Assembly (NCBI GenBank): GCA_900088475.1
Contig: FLMG01001021.1
Span: 37,317 to 101,316, forward strand
Direction: 5' to 3'
DNA length: 64,000 nt
From: Hyphochytrium catenoides
Taxonomy: Eukaryota > Protista > Hyphochytriomycota
Shown: piece by piece, positions 50,091-61,969 of the stretch
Position numbering within the stretch: position 1 is the first letter of the stretch
How the letters are laid out: every line of letters starts with the position of its first letter
Program-made: the position numbers and the translations under genes
Notes under the pieces: model-generated
What the model was told of the DNA's origin: nothing
What the model saw: only the letters and a program-made list of their open reading frames with translations
The model's database searches: none

Positions 50091-51200
50091 ATGGCTTGTG
50101 TCATGGAGCAGCTGCCTCTAGAACTGGAGGCCATTGTAGAGCGCATGGCTAGGATATTAGGCTCCATGGAGCGTCTTAATAGGAATATGAAGGCCATGGA
50201 ACGGGTGAACGTGGAACTCAACCACATCAACAAAGTTAACTTTTCGGCCCTAATGGCTCTTGACTTGCACCACTCCTGCTTCAAGGAGGATAAGAAGAAG
50301 GTGAGGAGGCTTATTTCAAACCCTTCCTGGCACAGGGCATTAAGACAGAGAAAATCAGCCCACAGTTCGAGATCGTCCAAAGACCGAACTAATTGAAGGG
50401 CCTCCGAAGAGGATGAAGCAGCTCGAAGCGATAGAGGAGACATTCCCTAGCGCCACAACTTTGCAAGAGCTTCCTCTTAGATCTCGGCAAGAGTCCATCA
50501 AGTCCACCAAAAGCAGAGCATCTGCGGTTGCTGCATCCACAGAGGCAGGATGGAAGTGGCCCAAAGGTACCTTGTGCTAAACTACCTGCTCACTCTTCTC
50601 TCCACCTCACCTTCATTGGTCGATGTCCGCCTATCGATCTCTCACTACTATCCCTGAGATAGGGGTGGAGTCCCGGATTCCCGCCAAGTACCGTGATCCG
50701 CGGCACATGCTCAATTTGGAGACAATTTTAAGGTTCCTTCAAAGCAGAAAGACAAAGGGCAGGTAAGGATATACGGAGATTTATCGGGGACGAGGAGAAA
50801 TGATGGATGACAGTAAGGAGGTAGAGGACAGCGAAGGCCTGGGATGAGAACAGCAAGCCAGAAAGACCTGCTGCCGTCTTAGCAGTGCTTAACGGCTGCA
50901 ATCGGTTTCCTCCATCCCTTCATTTCTGGCTTCGACCTAGCAATCTCTCGGATATCGTGAAGCACTTAGGACTCCCAGTGATAAATGTAAACGAGCTCTT
51001 GGGGGTCCTTACCAGGCTCGCGCAGATCCATAGGAGAAAAGAGAAACAGGTGAGTCGAGATGTAGCGGACTGAAGCGCTAATCTACTTCTTGAGAGAGGC
51101 TCTCTTTTGCTCTAAGGCTTGCCCTTTGCGAGCAATCAACAGTTTTCAGTTCTAAGGTTTCTATGTCCAGGGCTTCGTTTATCAAATAGCCAAGGGCTAG
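50091..51200 (+). CDS. DASH/Dam1-like kinetochore protein with a C-terminal winged-helix-like domain, 5 exons
   Basis: Exons ~50091-50300, 50358-50566, 50662-50762, 50941-51049 and 51171-51200 join in frame. N-terminal MERLNRNMKAMERVNVELNHINKVNFSALMALDLHHSCF fits the Dam1 helix pattern. C-terminal NLSDIVKHLGLPVINVNELLGVLTRLAQIHRRKEKQGFVYQI is HTH-plus-wing-like. Confidence 0.6.
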
Positions 51201-51327
51201 ATGTCATCGGAGTTTAGGCTTTGGATTCTCCATTTTTTCATTTTATCTTTTCTCTCTGATTCCTCAGTTTGCATAAGTGTACATCTATCCTCCCCTTCAT
51301 GTTGCGGCCGCGTAGCTGTTAGCCAGT

Positions 51328-53097
51328 TCAGCTAAACTTGGCCTTGCTGAAATCCATCTCTGGGTGCTGCGATAACATTAATTTGTTAGTGCTATAACTG
51401 CCCTCGTTTATTGGCCGCTGAGACTGAAAAAAACGTTCATTTACATACCTGCTCCATGAACTTCTTAAGTATCTCCTGCTTCTTCATCTCCTCGCTACTC
51501 GGCAGTCCCATTGCCTTTTGTCTCTGGTCGAACTGGTGCCACAAGAAATAGTCAGTGCCGTAATGGAAAGGGAGAGCAACTGACCCCTGCGGCCTTCTTT
51601 TCCAGGCATTTCAAGCTCTGTTGCCAGCGATAACTCCTCTTCTGTGCCCTTCACTTTTCCTGCTTAGAAGCAGCCGTCCCCCTGGAGCCTCTTTTCTCTA
51701 CGTTTCCATAAATATTGATGCCTCTCACCATCATCTTTTCAACGGTCTGTCTCGTTTCGCCATCAAGATCTGAGAGCTTGGAATTCTCAGGCTGTACTTT
51801 GGTAGTGTCAATTTCAGGGTCTCCTTCCACCACGCACTTCCACCACTCCATTTTGTTCTGCTTCGACAGGTAGATGACAAGGGTCTGATTGTCCTCTGGG
51901 GTTGGGAAGAATAGGTCAGCTAGCTCCTAAACCACCAGAGTCATAATGATGGAAGCGGAAGAGAGTCATGAGATGTAAAGAGTCTTCATCCATTCACTTA
52001 CCCACTGTCCAGTACGAATCGTCCATCACTACGCGCTTGTGAAGTTCACCCTACATATCAAACGTAGATTCGTTGAGCGCTGTGAAAGTCTGTATTGGTG
52101 ACAAGGGACTTTCAGAAGTGAGCAGAAGCTGAGGAACTTGTAAGGACGAAGGATAGAACCGTCCAAGGCCAGACGGATAGCCTACATCTTCCGACGAAGA
52201 TGCGGAGGGTCCTAAGACACTAGGTACAGGATAGAAGGAGAGAGAAAGCTTCAGAGTGCGAATGACAGAACAATAGTCGGGAGCTTCACAGACGTTGATT
52301 ATCTTCTCCTTGCCCTTGATGCCCGCGCTAAGCTTCTTTATGCCGATGTCACATGCGATGTCCCGAGCACGTGTGCCAGCGGGCAGTTGAACGTTCACTA
52401 CCACTTCCTGCAGGGTCTGGGTCCACACATACTTGTCGGTACGGCCGCCATTGCCAACAGGCGCTGTATAAGAACATTTAAACAAGAAGATGAGATCTTG
52501 TGAGGAATTGGAGGTCTGTCGCAGAAACAAACAGACATGAAACGATAAAACGGTCACAGGAAGAGAGGAGAAGGCACCAAGGCACACCGCAAGTGCCACT
52601 GAGCTCTAACATGTACACCTGAGCTTCTTACCTTTCTCCTTTGTGTCATCTTCATCATCACTCTGGCCGGCAGCAGCCGGCTTAGATTCGTCTGATGTCC
52701 TTGCAGCTTCTCCTACCTTGGGTTTGGGCTCTACTACCGGTTTGGGTGGGATCAAGTTACCCTCGCTGTCCAACTCGTACACTTCATCTGTGGCTGCCTT
52801 TTCTCCTTTTTTTGGTTCGGTTACAATTTTTGCTGCCTTCTCCGCCTCCTGCTTCTGCTTCTTCTTCCTCTGCTCTTCCTCCTTCCGCTTCTTTTCAAGA
52901 GCCTCTTTCTCGGCAATGGCCGCTTGCTTCCTCAGTGACCTAAGTACGGTTTCCTCTACCATATCCTTGGAGGCACCTGTGAAGAAGTCTGTCTTTCTTC
53001 GAAGAAAAGAGAAGATAGTGTCCAGAAGGGGCTCAATGCCTTGCTGCTGCTGAGCTATGCCCAGAAAGACGCCATCATACTGCTCAGAACTAGCCAT
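51328..53097 (-). CDS. NUDC: Nuclear migration protein NudC, 6 exons
   Basis: [85 protein letters not shown]. Confidence 0.97.
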
Positions 53098-53522
53098 CTT
53101 GAACTCTACTCAGGTAGTAGCACAGGTTGATGGTGGTGCAGAGCCTAGAAAGCCTCAACGAAGCTTGTCTTTAAACTAGATCACAAAGTGTCTTCCAAGC
53201 AAGTCCGCTCAAACGCCGGGCAGAGCTTTACTATTGAGCCTACTGGCTGCTAGTTGGTTCCTCGATGTTCCAGAGACGAGCTTCATCTGGCAAAGAATTT
53301 GCAGACCGTCTCAAAGAGTTTGGATGAAGATCAGAAGACGTGGTTTCCATAGCGAAGCATCAACAGTACCCTGACATTAGTTTCAGGAAAGGTTCCTACG
53401 ATAAACTTCAATCAATGTGACGTTGTTTTATAGGCTGGAAACCTTCAGAACCTTACTGGTATTATTGAAGGTTTCGTCAGGGGATCGAATAAGGGGTCTC
53501 GGGTCAATATAGCTCGTTTTCC

Positions 53523-54368
53523 CTACAAAAGCCTGTTATGGCGTAAGAAATAACCCGGGTAATAGTCTCGGGTTACAGTGCGGGTGAAGAATGGTGTTGT
53601 ACGAGTACAGATCTTCAGACAAACCTTTGAAACTCTCTGATGAGTCTGCGACGAGATTTCCGGCTTCAAATGCAGCGCAGAGCTGGACACTTTCCCTGGC
53701 GCCATCGGATGGTAGGCCTCTCTAGAGAGCTCCTCCATACTCTTTCCAGAATTCTCGAGGCCAGGGACAAGTTGGCTGGGGCTATGAAGAAGAAAGCCAT
53801 CAGAAGTCCTCAGAGGAGACAGTCTAGATTGAAGGGGACCAAACCTTGCAAGGAGAAAGGTGCAAAAGACGGAGAATACAGGTGCACTTCCGAGAGTCAA
53901 CTAGAGAGCGAGAAGGTAGGAAGGAGGATGCTCCTGGTAGGCCGATAGATATCAAGCCAAGAGATGAGGGTGCTAAGGATAACAAGTGGTGCAGACAGGA
54001 ACCAGCGCGATCTCTTGAGTCTTTCTAGATGTATTGGCGGACTTCTCAAGCTGCTCCTTCAGCAATGTAGAACATCGATGTATTTGCCCTTACTGTGTCT
54101 CAAAGAAGGCTAGGTGAGCAGATGGAAGAGTGGCAAAAGTAAGTGCGCAATGCATGAATGGCAGACCAATGAGAAGATGCGTCCATCGGCAGAACGCTTT
54201 AACCTCTCGGTTGACGAACGGTTCCTTTGGATGGAACTCTGTCCCAGTTTCCTTATTGGTATGAAAGATTGTTACCGATAATCACCAGCACTTTTGACTG
54301 CCTATCGATACCATAGCGCTCTGGAGCTGACTACCTAAGCAATCAATCACGGAATCTCCTTCTGCCAT
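53523..54368 (-). CDS. Small hypothetical multi-exon protein
   Basis: Frame-consistent splice MAEGDSVIDCLGSQLQSAM|ETGTEFHPKEPFVNREVKAFCRWTHLLI|GQIHRCSTLLKEQLEK...|LTLGSAPVFSVFCTFLLA...; no recognisable motif and the 3' end is uncertain. Confidence 0.35.
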
Positions 54369-54508
54369 TATTGGATCAACCTTCTGCCGTCTTTCTCTCG
54401 GTCTTCTACCACGTTTCTGTGAGCTCTTGCAGCCCCGGGACAGCGTGATGGGTAGCTTGTAGAGGCAGAAGGAAGCAAGACACGAAAGGTAGAAGAGTAA
54501 TACTGCCC

Positions 54509-57500
54509 TTACCTGTTCCACCGAATAAATCTTAAAAGCAGCAGCGCTAGCACTGCGTATACAAGGAGTATCCCTACGATGACAATCGCATTTCTCACTC
54601 GGTTCTCATATACCATAGAACCCTCAAAGAAAGACTGCACAAACCGCTCCACTGTCACCTCTCTCCCGCCGGCAAAGTCATTGATCTTCTTTTGATTCCC
54701 ATGAAACTGCGTGGCCACTTGTCCTTCATAGGCATATGCAAAAGGGTTGATATAAGTGTACCAGTGCCAAAGGCGGGAGATTGCGGGTCTTCGGATGTAG
54801 AAGCCTGAAAGCATCGCGTTCAGACTGTACACGATAAAGCAAACGACATTCGCTATCACCAGCGAGGAGCACAGCGCAGATATGAGGTGAGCAGTTATCA
54901 GGCCTGCAAGGCTATAAAGAACGTTAAAGCACCACATCCCGAGCATCGCCTCCAAGTCGGGGTTCAGCTTGGAGGCCCAATACACCGCCTGGAGGTAGCA
55001 GCTGCTATATAACACCGTCATCGGGATCTGAACTGTCAACCAGCTCAATAAGTACACGGAGCTAGAGTAGTATCCGGCGCTATTCTCACGATAGAATAGC
55101 CGTCTCTCGAGAAAAAGAGGCGTGAGGTTGGAGAGAGAGAAGACCACGTAGTTGTTGAAGTCAAAGGAGTAGATGGTGGCGAAGAGGCTGATCATGTGGC
55201 TGCTGTCTTCTATCCCTCGGTACCCTATAGGTCCGATCATTGTGCTGATAACCACTGTGAGGTAAAGAAAGCAGAATACCCATGGGCCGTGCTGCTCCGG
55301 AGAACGAAGTTGATGGAGAAAGGCACGGCGACAGCAGAGGAAATACTGAGAAAGAGAAGAAATCTTCTTCTTGCTTGCCTGAGTCAGAGGAGTGTGCTGC
55401 TGGTCGAGAGCAAGACTGCTCTCTCCTGCTGCGTAAGAATTTTCCTCTCTTCCTCTTCGTCTTGCATCCCTTGATGGCACCACATGTTGCACTTGCTCAC
55501 GTTGAGCTTCTTCGCCTAGCTCCTCTCCTTGGAACGCCCTCTCCAGAAGGGCGAGATTCTGCTGGAAGAGATCGCTTTCGCGATAGGCAAGAGCCCATTG
55601 TTGTCTCTGTCTTCGCTCTTCAAGAGCAGCATCATGATCTGTAGATGAGACAGAGGAAGAGACGCTCTTTGACTCTCCTTCATGCTCCAGTGAAGACAGA
55701 ACGGTCATCATCCAGGTGGCCGGGTTGACGGAGGGACCCAGAGGAGTCACAGAGGGAAAACCTTCGAAGTAAGAAATAAGCTTGTTCGAGTGCTTTCCCA
55801 AGCTCCCAAAGAACACGACTTCCCCTTGTTGCATTAGCAAAAGAGAGTCGAACTGTTCAAAGATGAGATAGGAAGGCTGGTGAATGGTGCAGCAGACAGA
55901 GCGCTGCAGATCAGCGATTTTCCTCATGGTTCTGACGATCCGGAAGGCCGATCGAGAGTCTAAGGCTGAGGTGGGCTCGTCTGCAAAAAGAGGAAGAGAG
56001 CGAGAGAAAGATTGGTGTCACGGGAACAGAAGACGATGATGTGTAAGGATGTTCAGGACTCGCAGAGCATTGCTGGGGCTGATTACTCTCCCACCTATCT
56101 CTTCTTATTATGTCAACATTGCTCGCCCTTTTAGAATGGTGTGTCTTACCTAGAAAGAGCAGCGCAGGGTTGGACACCATCTCTACCCCGACAGAGAGAA
56201 GCTTCATCTGTCCCGCAGAGAGAGAGCCCGTCAGCGCGTCTTCAAACTCAGAGAGCTCCAAGACGTCCAGAATCCCCTCCAGGAACTCTTCTCTTATACG
56301 TTTAGATTCAGAAGAGAGGCGGAGGGATAAAGAGAAGAGAAGGCTCTCCTTCACTGTGCTCTTTGTGGAGTGGACATCCATCTGTTGGACGTATCCCATA
56401 CATTGTCGGAAGTCTCCATCGCCCACGGTCTCTCCGTTGAGCACCATCTCTCCCTCGATTCTTCCTTTGTTGTCAGGAATTCTCCGTGCTAGGACGTTGA
56501 GCAAAGTTGACTTGCCTGGAGATAGAGAGAAAAGCCAAATATTTTGTAAGCAGGAATAGAGTGAGAGAGATCTAGATTGATCAATTCTAGGCTTCTCTTC
56601 CCTTTCCACGGCACTTTATCCCCCTCAGCCTACCCTAAGTCTGCTGGGTCGCTCGCTCACTGTCTCCGTCTGGTCTTCCGAGCCTCTCTCTTCCGGGTCT
56701 CTTCCCTCTCTTTCTTTCTGTTTCTAGCTCTCTCTCTCACTCTCTCTCTCTCTGTCTCTCCTTCTCTCTCTCCCCTCTTACCTGCTCCAGTCGGTCCCAT
56801 GAGCGCCACCATCTGACCAGGTTTACATATACCGTGTACATTGCTTAAGAGCTTCTTCTCTCCTCCAGGCGCGGAAGAGTCCTTCACAGTGTATGACAGG
56901 GAACGCCAGGAGAGGGTTAGAGGGCGAAAAGACATTTTCTCAAACAAGTGAGACTGTGCTTTCTTGTCTCCTCTATGGCCGGCTTCTAATGCTTCTGCTC
57001 TCTCTCTCCTTTCTTCTTCTTTCTTTTTTGCAATCCAGGAGAGTCGATTCACACTAGGAGAGACTGCGAATCTCTTCCACACGTCCGAAACCTTATCAGG
57101 AGTGTTCAGCGCCGCAAGAGAGACGTTCCCTGGCGTTGTTTGGCTCCTAAAACTGTTTACTGGGCTTCTTATGCTGAAGTAGGAGGGGGAAGGGGAGATA
57201 CTATGGAAGAGGTGCACCCTCTCTCCTACTCCAGCCTCTTCCTTGTCTTCCATCGCAGAGCGTCTCTTCTTGAACGGAGGAGCAGGAGCTCTTGCCCGGG
57301 AAAGGAACAGTATCTGCAGGAGAAGAAAGACAAGCATGTATCCTCCTATGACGATGGGAGAGAGCCACTTTACACTCTTGTCGGAGGTTACTCCGTAAGC
57401 CTCAAGATATCCCACTCCTCTCTCCTCTGCCTCTTGCATCTCTTGCTCTCCATGAGAGGAGAGAGAGGGGGAGGAAGAGAGAAACTCATTCTGCATGAGC

Positions 57501-59288
57501 GCCTTGAACGCCCAGGCGATGGGGTTGATAGTATAAATCCAATAGAGGAACGACGGAATCAGCTCCTTAGAGAAAATGAACCCGCCGTAAAGGAGAAAGA
57601 GAGACGAAAGAAGAGCGCCATACGTTTGGGCTACTTGTAGGTGCTTTGATGCCGCGATGACCAACTGGAAACTTTGTACGCATGCAAGGCTGACCAGAAA
57701 GAGGAGAGAGAAGAAGTAGAGGAACTTCTCCCCTTTCTCCCCGAATGTTAAGCCGGGAAGGAAGTAGAGGAAGGAGGAAATGATGGCTGTCTCCAGAAGT
57801 TGAATCGGAATGTCGGTGATAAAGACAGAGAGAGCGTACGCGGTAGGGCCGTAAAAGCCAAGATCACGATGGCGGAGGAAGCCTGCGCGGGCGAGGTAGA
57901 GAGCAGGCACCTTTGTAGTGAGGGGAGGAGGTGGGTTAAAGGAAAGGAATCTATGACTTGGGAAGAAGAGAGAAAGAGCGTTTGAACGAGGGGCTAAGAT
58001 GGCAGCGAGAGCCATGGCGGGAAGAGAGAGAGACGGGGGGGAAAGATAGAAGAGAGAGAAGAAAGCGACAGGGAGAGAGAGAGAGAGACAAACAGAGAGA
58101 GAGAGAGACAGAGACAGGGAGAGATAGCGAAGAGAGAGAGACTGAGAAAAGCGGAGAGAGAGAGANNNNNNNNNNNNNNNNNNNNNNNNNNNNNNNNNNN
58201 NNNNNNNNNNNNNNNNNNAGAGAGAGAGAGAGAGAAAGAAACATGTCAAGAGATAAAGAGAGGGAGCCTATATATTGACCCTTTCCCGCTTCACCTTACC
58301 TGTGCGAGGTAAGAGTTTGCCGCAAAGGCGACTCCCATCCAGATCGTACTGGCCTTACTGCTATAATCGTCCCTGTCAAGAGAGAAAGAGATGGACCCAA
58401 AGGCTCCACCGATAAAGAAAGCCTGAAAGAGGCGGAAGAGGACAGCAATCCAGTCCCTTCTGAGAAGGAGAGAGCGCTTCCAAACTAACTGGCGAAGCTG
58501 TCTAGCGAAAGAGGAACCAGAAGAAGAGGAGAGATTGAATTGCTGCTCGGAAGCTTCAAGCTCCTCTGGGAACTCGAGCTGCTGACGGATCCGGAGGAAC
58601 TCCTCAGATGAACGAAAAGCTTCGGCGAATGATCGCGGTGTACATTCGAGAACTGCCGCAGCTCTCTCTCTGTCTTTCTCTCCTGAAGGATCTTCCTCTT
58701 TTGCCCCTTCTTTCTTCCGTGCAGCTGGAACTACTCTGAACTTTTCTCCCGTCTCTGTGGTGAGATGCTGGAGAAATTCTCCCAAGTCCAGTCGCCGAGG
58801 GCAGGAGAAGCCTAGCCGAGAGAAATAGTCTCTCATTTTCTCTCCTCCTTCCCCGTCATAGATGACATATCCCTCACTTAGCGCTATGACATGATCAAAG
58901 AGAGAGAGAACCTCCGGGGGAGGCTGCTGCAAAGAGCAAACGAACGTGCTCTGTGTCTCTCTGCAAACTTTTTGAAGTGCCAACGTGATGGCTATACAAG
59001 TCTGCGAGTCCAGCCCGGTCGAGTACTCGTCCAGACAGAGAACGCGGTAGCCACAAATGAGGATCTCTCCAAGAGAGAGACGTCTTCTTTCTCCTCCCGA
59101 GATACCTCCCGTGCTACCGTTTCCTATCATTGTGTCGGCGCAGCGAGTAAGAGAGAGAAGTTCAAGGACTCTTTCTACCGTTGCCTCAGCGTCTCTCCCT
59201 GGATTCTTCGCGAGAAAAGCTAAGCGGAGAGTCTCTCTCACTGTCATTGTGGACGTGTGGAGATCGTCTGGGGTGTAGTAGAGGGTGT

Positions 59289-59319
<31 letters not shown>

Positions 59320-60450
59320 CAGATAAGAGGTACGAGGGGAGAAAAAGATTGAGAGCATTATCCATCAGGGCTCAGGTCCTCAGCTATTTGAAGTTATCCC
59401 CCTTCTTCTCTCCTCTTGTTCTACGCACTCTCGGTCTCTCTTGGGCTCTGTCTCTCTCTCTCTCTGTCTGTCTCTCTCTCTCTGTGTGTCTCTCGAGAGT
59501 TTGTTCCTCGTTTGCTCTCCCATTGTCATTCCCCTGTGACTCCTCTCTTGCCCGCTTCCTCCCCTTCCCCTTCCACTATCCGTTCCATCTCCATGCGTCT
59601 CTTCAGCTTCGTCTCTTACCGGACGCTAGATATCCGAGACAATCATTTTCCAGCAGCTGTTCTAGGGGTAACTGGTTGCAGGAGACTGAGCCAGAGGCCA
59701 TCAGGGAGGTATCCCTCTTCCGACCAGACGTGCTATAAAAGCCAGCGCACGCTCTGAGGAAGACGCTCTTCCCACTTCCATGTGGTCCGATCACCTAGAA
59801 CGCGGGAGCGAGAGAAAGAGAGAGAGAGGCGAGGGAGAAGGGATGCAAGGGGGAGGGGAGAGAGAGAGAGAGAGAGAGAGTTGAGAGAGAGACAGAAAAA
59901 GAAAGAGGAAGAGAGAGAGAAGGAGTGTAACGGATCGCTGAGGAAGAGCGTAAAGCAGCACTAAGCAGAGCATGAGAATGTAAGAGAGATATGAGGACAA
60001 TAGGAAGAGTATAGGACCAAGAAGAGCTAAGGCAGAAGTATCGGATAGGCTGGGCTGAGCCGAGCAATAACGATATATACATATAGAGGGAATAGAAGAG
60101 TGGGAAAGAGGGAACAGGAAACAGAAAGAGAAGAGAGAGAAAGAGAGAGAGAGACAGAGACAGAGAGAGAGAGAGAACAAAGGAGAGAGAGCAGAGGAGA
60201 GAGGCACCAATTCCTACCAGGGTCATCTCTCCAGGTCTAATGACGGTGTTAACCTCATGAAGTACAACATCAGCGTCCTCTTCCTCTTTCTCAGCTCCCC
60301 AGCCACAGAGAGGCCGTGCTGGAGGGATCCTACACTCTAAGCCTGCAACCCGAAGGAATGTAGTTGGAGCCCGCAGGATTCTCCGGCAAAGAGCTTCTGT
60401 GAGAATGTTTTCCGACTGTTGATGCACACAGACAGAGAGAGAGAGAGAGG

Positions 60451-60536
<86 letters not shown>

Positions 60537-61029
60537 GAATGACAGAGAGAGTGAAGAAGATAAGCAAGATAGAAGAAGAAGAAGGAAAAGAAGAGATATG
60601 AGAAAGGAGCCCCTAGTCTGACCAAGAGCTCTTAGTGACAAAGAGAGAAAAAGAGTGCACAAGACCGACGCGCAACTACGGACGGCACGCCGCCTAAGAC
60701 AAATCCGTGGACGAGCAGAAGGAAAACAACGCCAAGTAGTTTATCGACCGTGGCTCAGGCACAGAGCGAGAGGACTCGGAGGGAAGAGAGAGGCAACAAG
60801 TTAGCTGACAGGCGGCCGGTGGGAAAGTACAATGACAGCGAAGGGGCTCCACTCGTGTTCTGTCAATTACCTTTATATTCTCTGATCCTGATGAGGAATC
60901 ATCTGCCAGGGTGTCAGGAAGGGTTGCAGAGCTTGTCTCTGAGTGACCTTGTTTACTATCTTCTCCCTTGTCTCTCTCGCCTATTCTCTCCTTCTCTCCT
61001 TCCATCTCTCCTCCTTCCTCCTTGCTCAT
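54509..61029 (-). CDS. Full-size ABCG/PDR-type transporter (NBD-TMD-NBD-TMD)
   Basis: NBD1 GPHGSGKS, ISGGERRRLSLGE, LCLDEYSTGLDS; NBD2 MGPTGAGKSTLL, LSAGQMKLLSVGVE, LFLDEPTSALDS, CTIHQPS; two ABC2-type TMDs. The start exon (61029) is tentative. Confidence 0.93.
58020..58236. repeat. (GA)n-rich intronic microsatellite spanning an N gap (58166-58218)
   Basis: Visible tract interrupted by Ns. Confidence 0.9.
60429..60532. repeat. Long near-perfect (GA)n microsatellite in an ABCG intron; more tracts at ~59287-59320, 59445-59495, 59810-59920 and 60120-60200
   Basis: Visible tracts. Confidence 0.95.
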
Positions 61030-61969
61030 CGGAAACAACCATGCACTACTTACCGTCAGCAAAGGATCATTGACTTTCTTTGATAAGCTCGTGGACGAAA
61101 GGCAGAGTTATCGGACAGATTTTATTGCCAACTAACGATGGGGAGAGACACAGAGTAGCTAAAGATATTATGATGGAGCACAGCTTGTTCTCTCTCTCTC
61201 CTTTCCTTTGAATGTTGCGGCCTTTACACTTCTTCGTCTCCCCTCCCGTGTCTACTTGGAGCTTTCCTCCTACACTGTCTGTCGCGCCCCTTCTGGCTCC
61301 TCTCTAGTGTCTTCTCCTGTGGATCTTCTCGTCCTGCACCTCTTCTCCCTCGGAAGGGAAGAGAATAGAAGCTAACAAATGCGAAGAGAGAAAAACAAAG
61401 GCATCGCAATGGAAAGCAAGAAGGAGGAAGGACGGAGGAGGAAGAAGATGAACGGCGTGGTGTGTGGAGAGACAGAGACGGAGGGTAGAAGGAGTACCCC
61501 ACCGCGAGAGAAGCAACACCAACCAGCGAAGAGCGGATGATGATGAGAGCAGAAGGAAAAGACTTGGGGAAAAGAGACAAGCAGCACCCTCGACAGCACA
61601 ATAGCCCTAGTAGGATCCTGGGAGACCTAGGAAAGGGAGAGACTAAGGAGAAGTCATGATCGCACTCCCACCTGCTGGCATCTTCCATTTGTACCGGCCT
61701 TCAAGGTAATAGGACCTGCCCCACATGCAGACAAACAAGGCTACCTCATTGACGTCCTCAGGCTTTTGGCCTGCATCCCACTAACCTCCTATCATGAGTG
61801 TGCAAGAGAGACATCTCCAGCAGGATCTTATCAGCAAATCTTGGAAAGGAAGAATGAGCAAACGAGAGTTAGAAGTCACCCTCTGACCACGCTTGTCTCT
61901 CTCTCTCTCTGGCTCCCCTGCATCACATCGCACCGTTTGAGGGCCGGAGGCACCCATGATGATGAGCAG

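Noticed and set aside
59181-60662. SLSLSL/ERERER ORFs here and at 37695-38048, 49511-49798 and 57951-58278
   Set aside because: They are translations of (GA)n/(TC)n microsatellites in introns or intergenic DNA.
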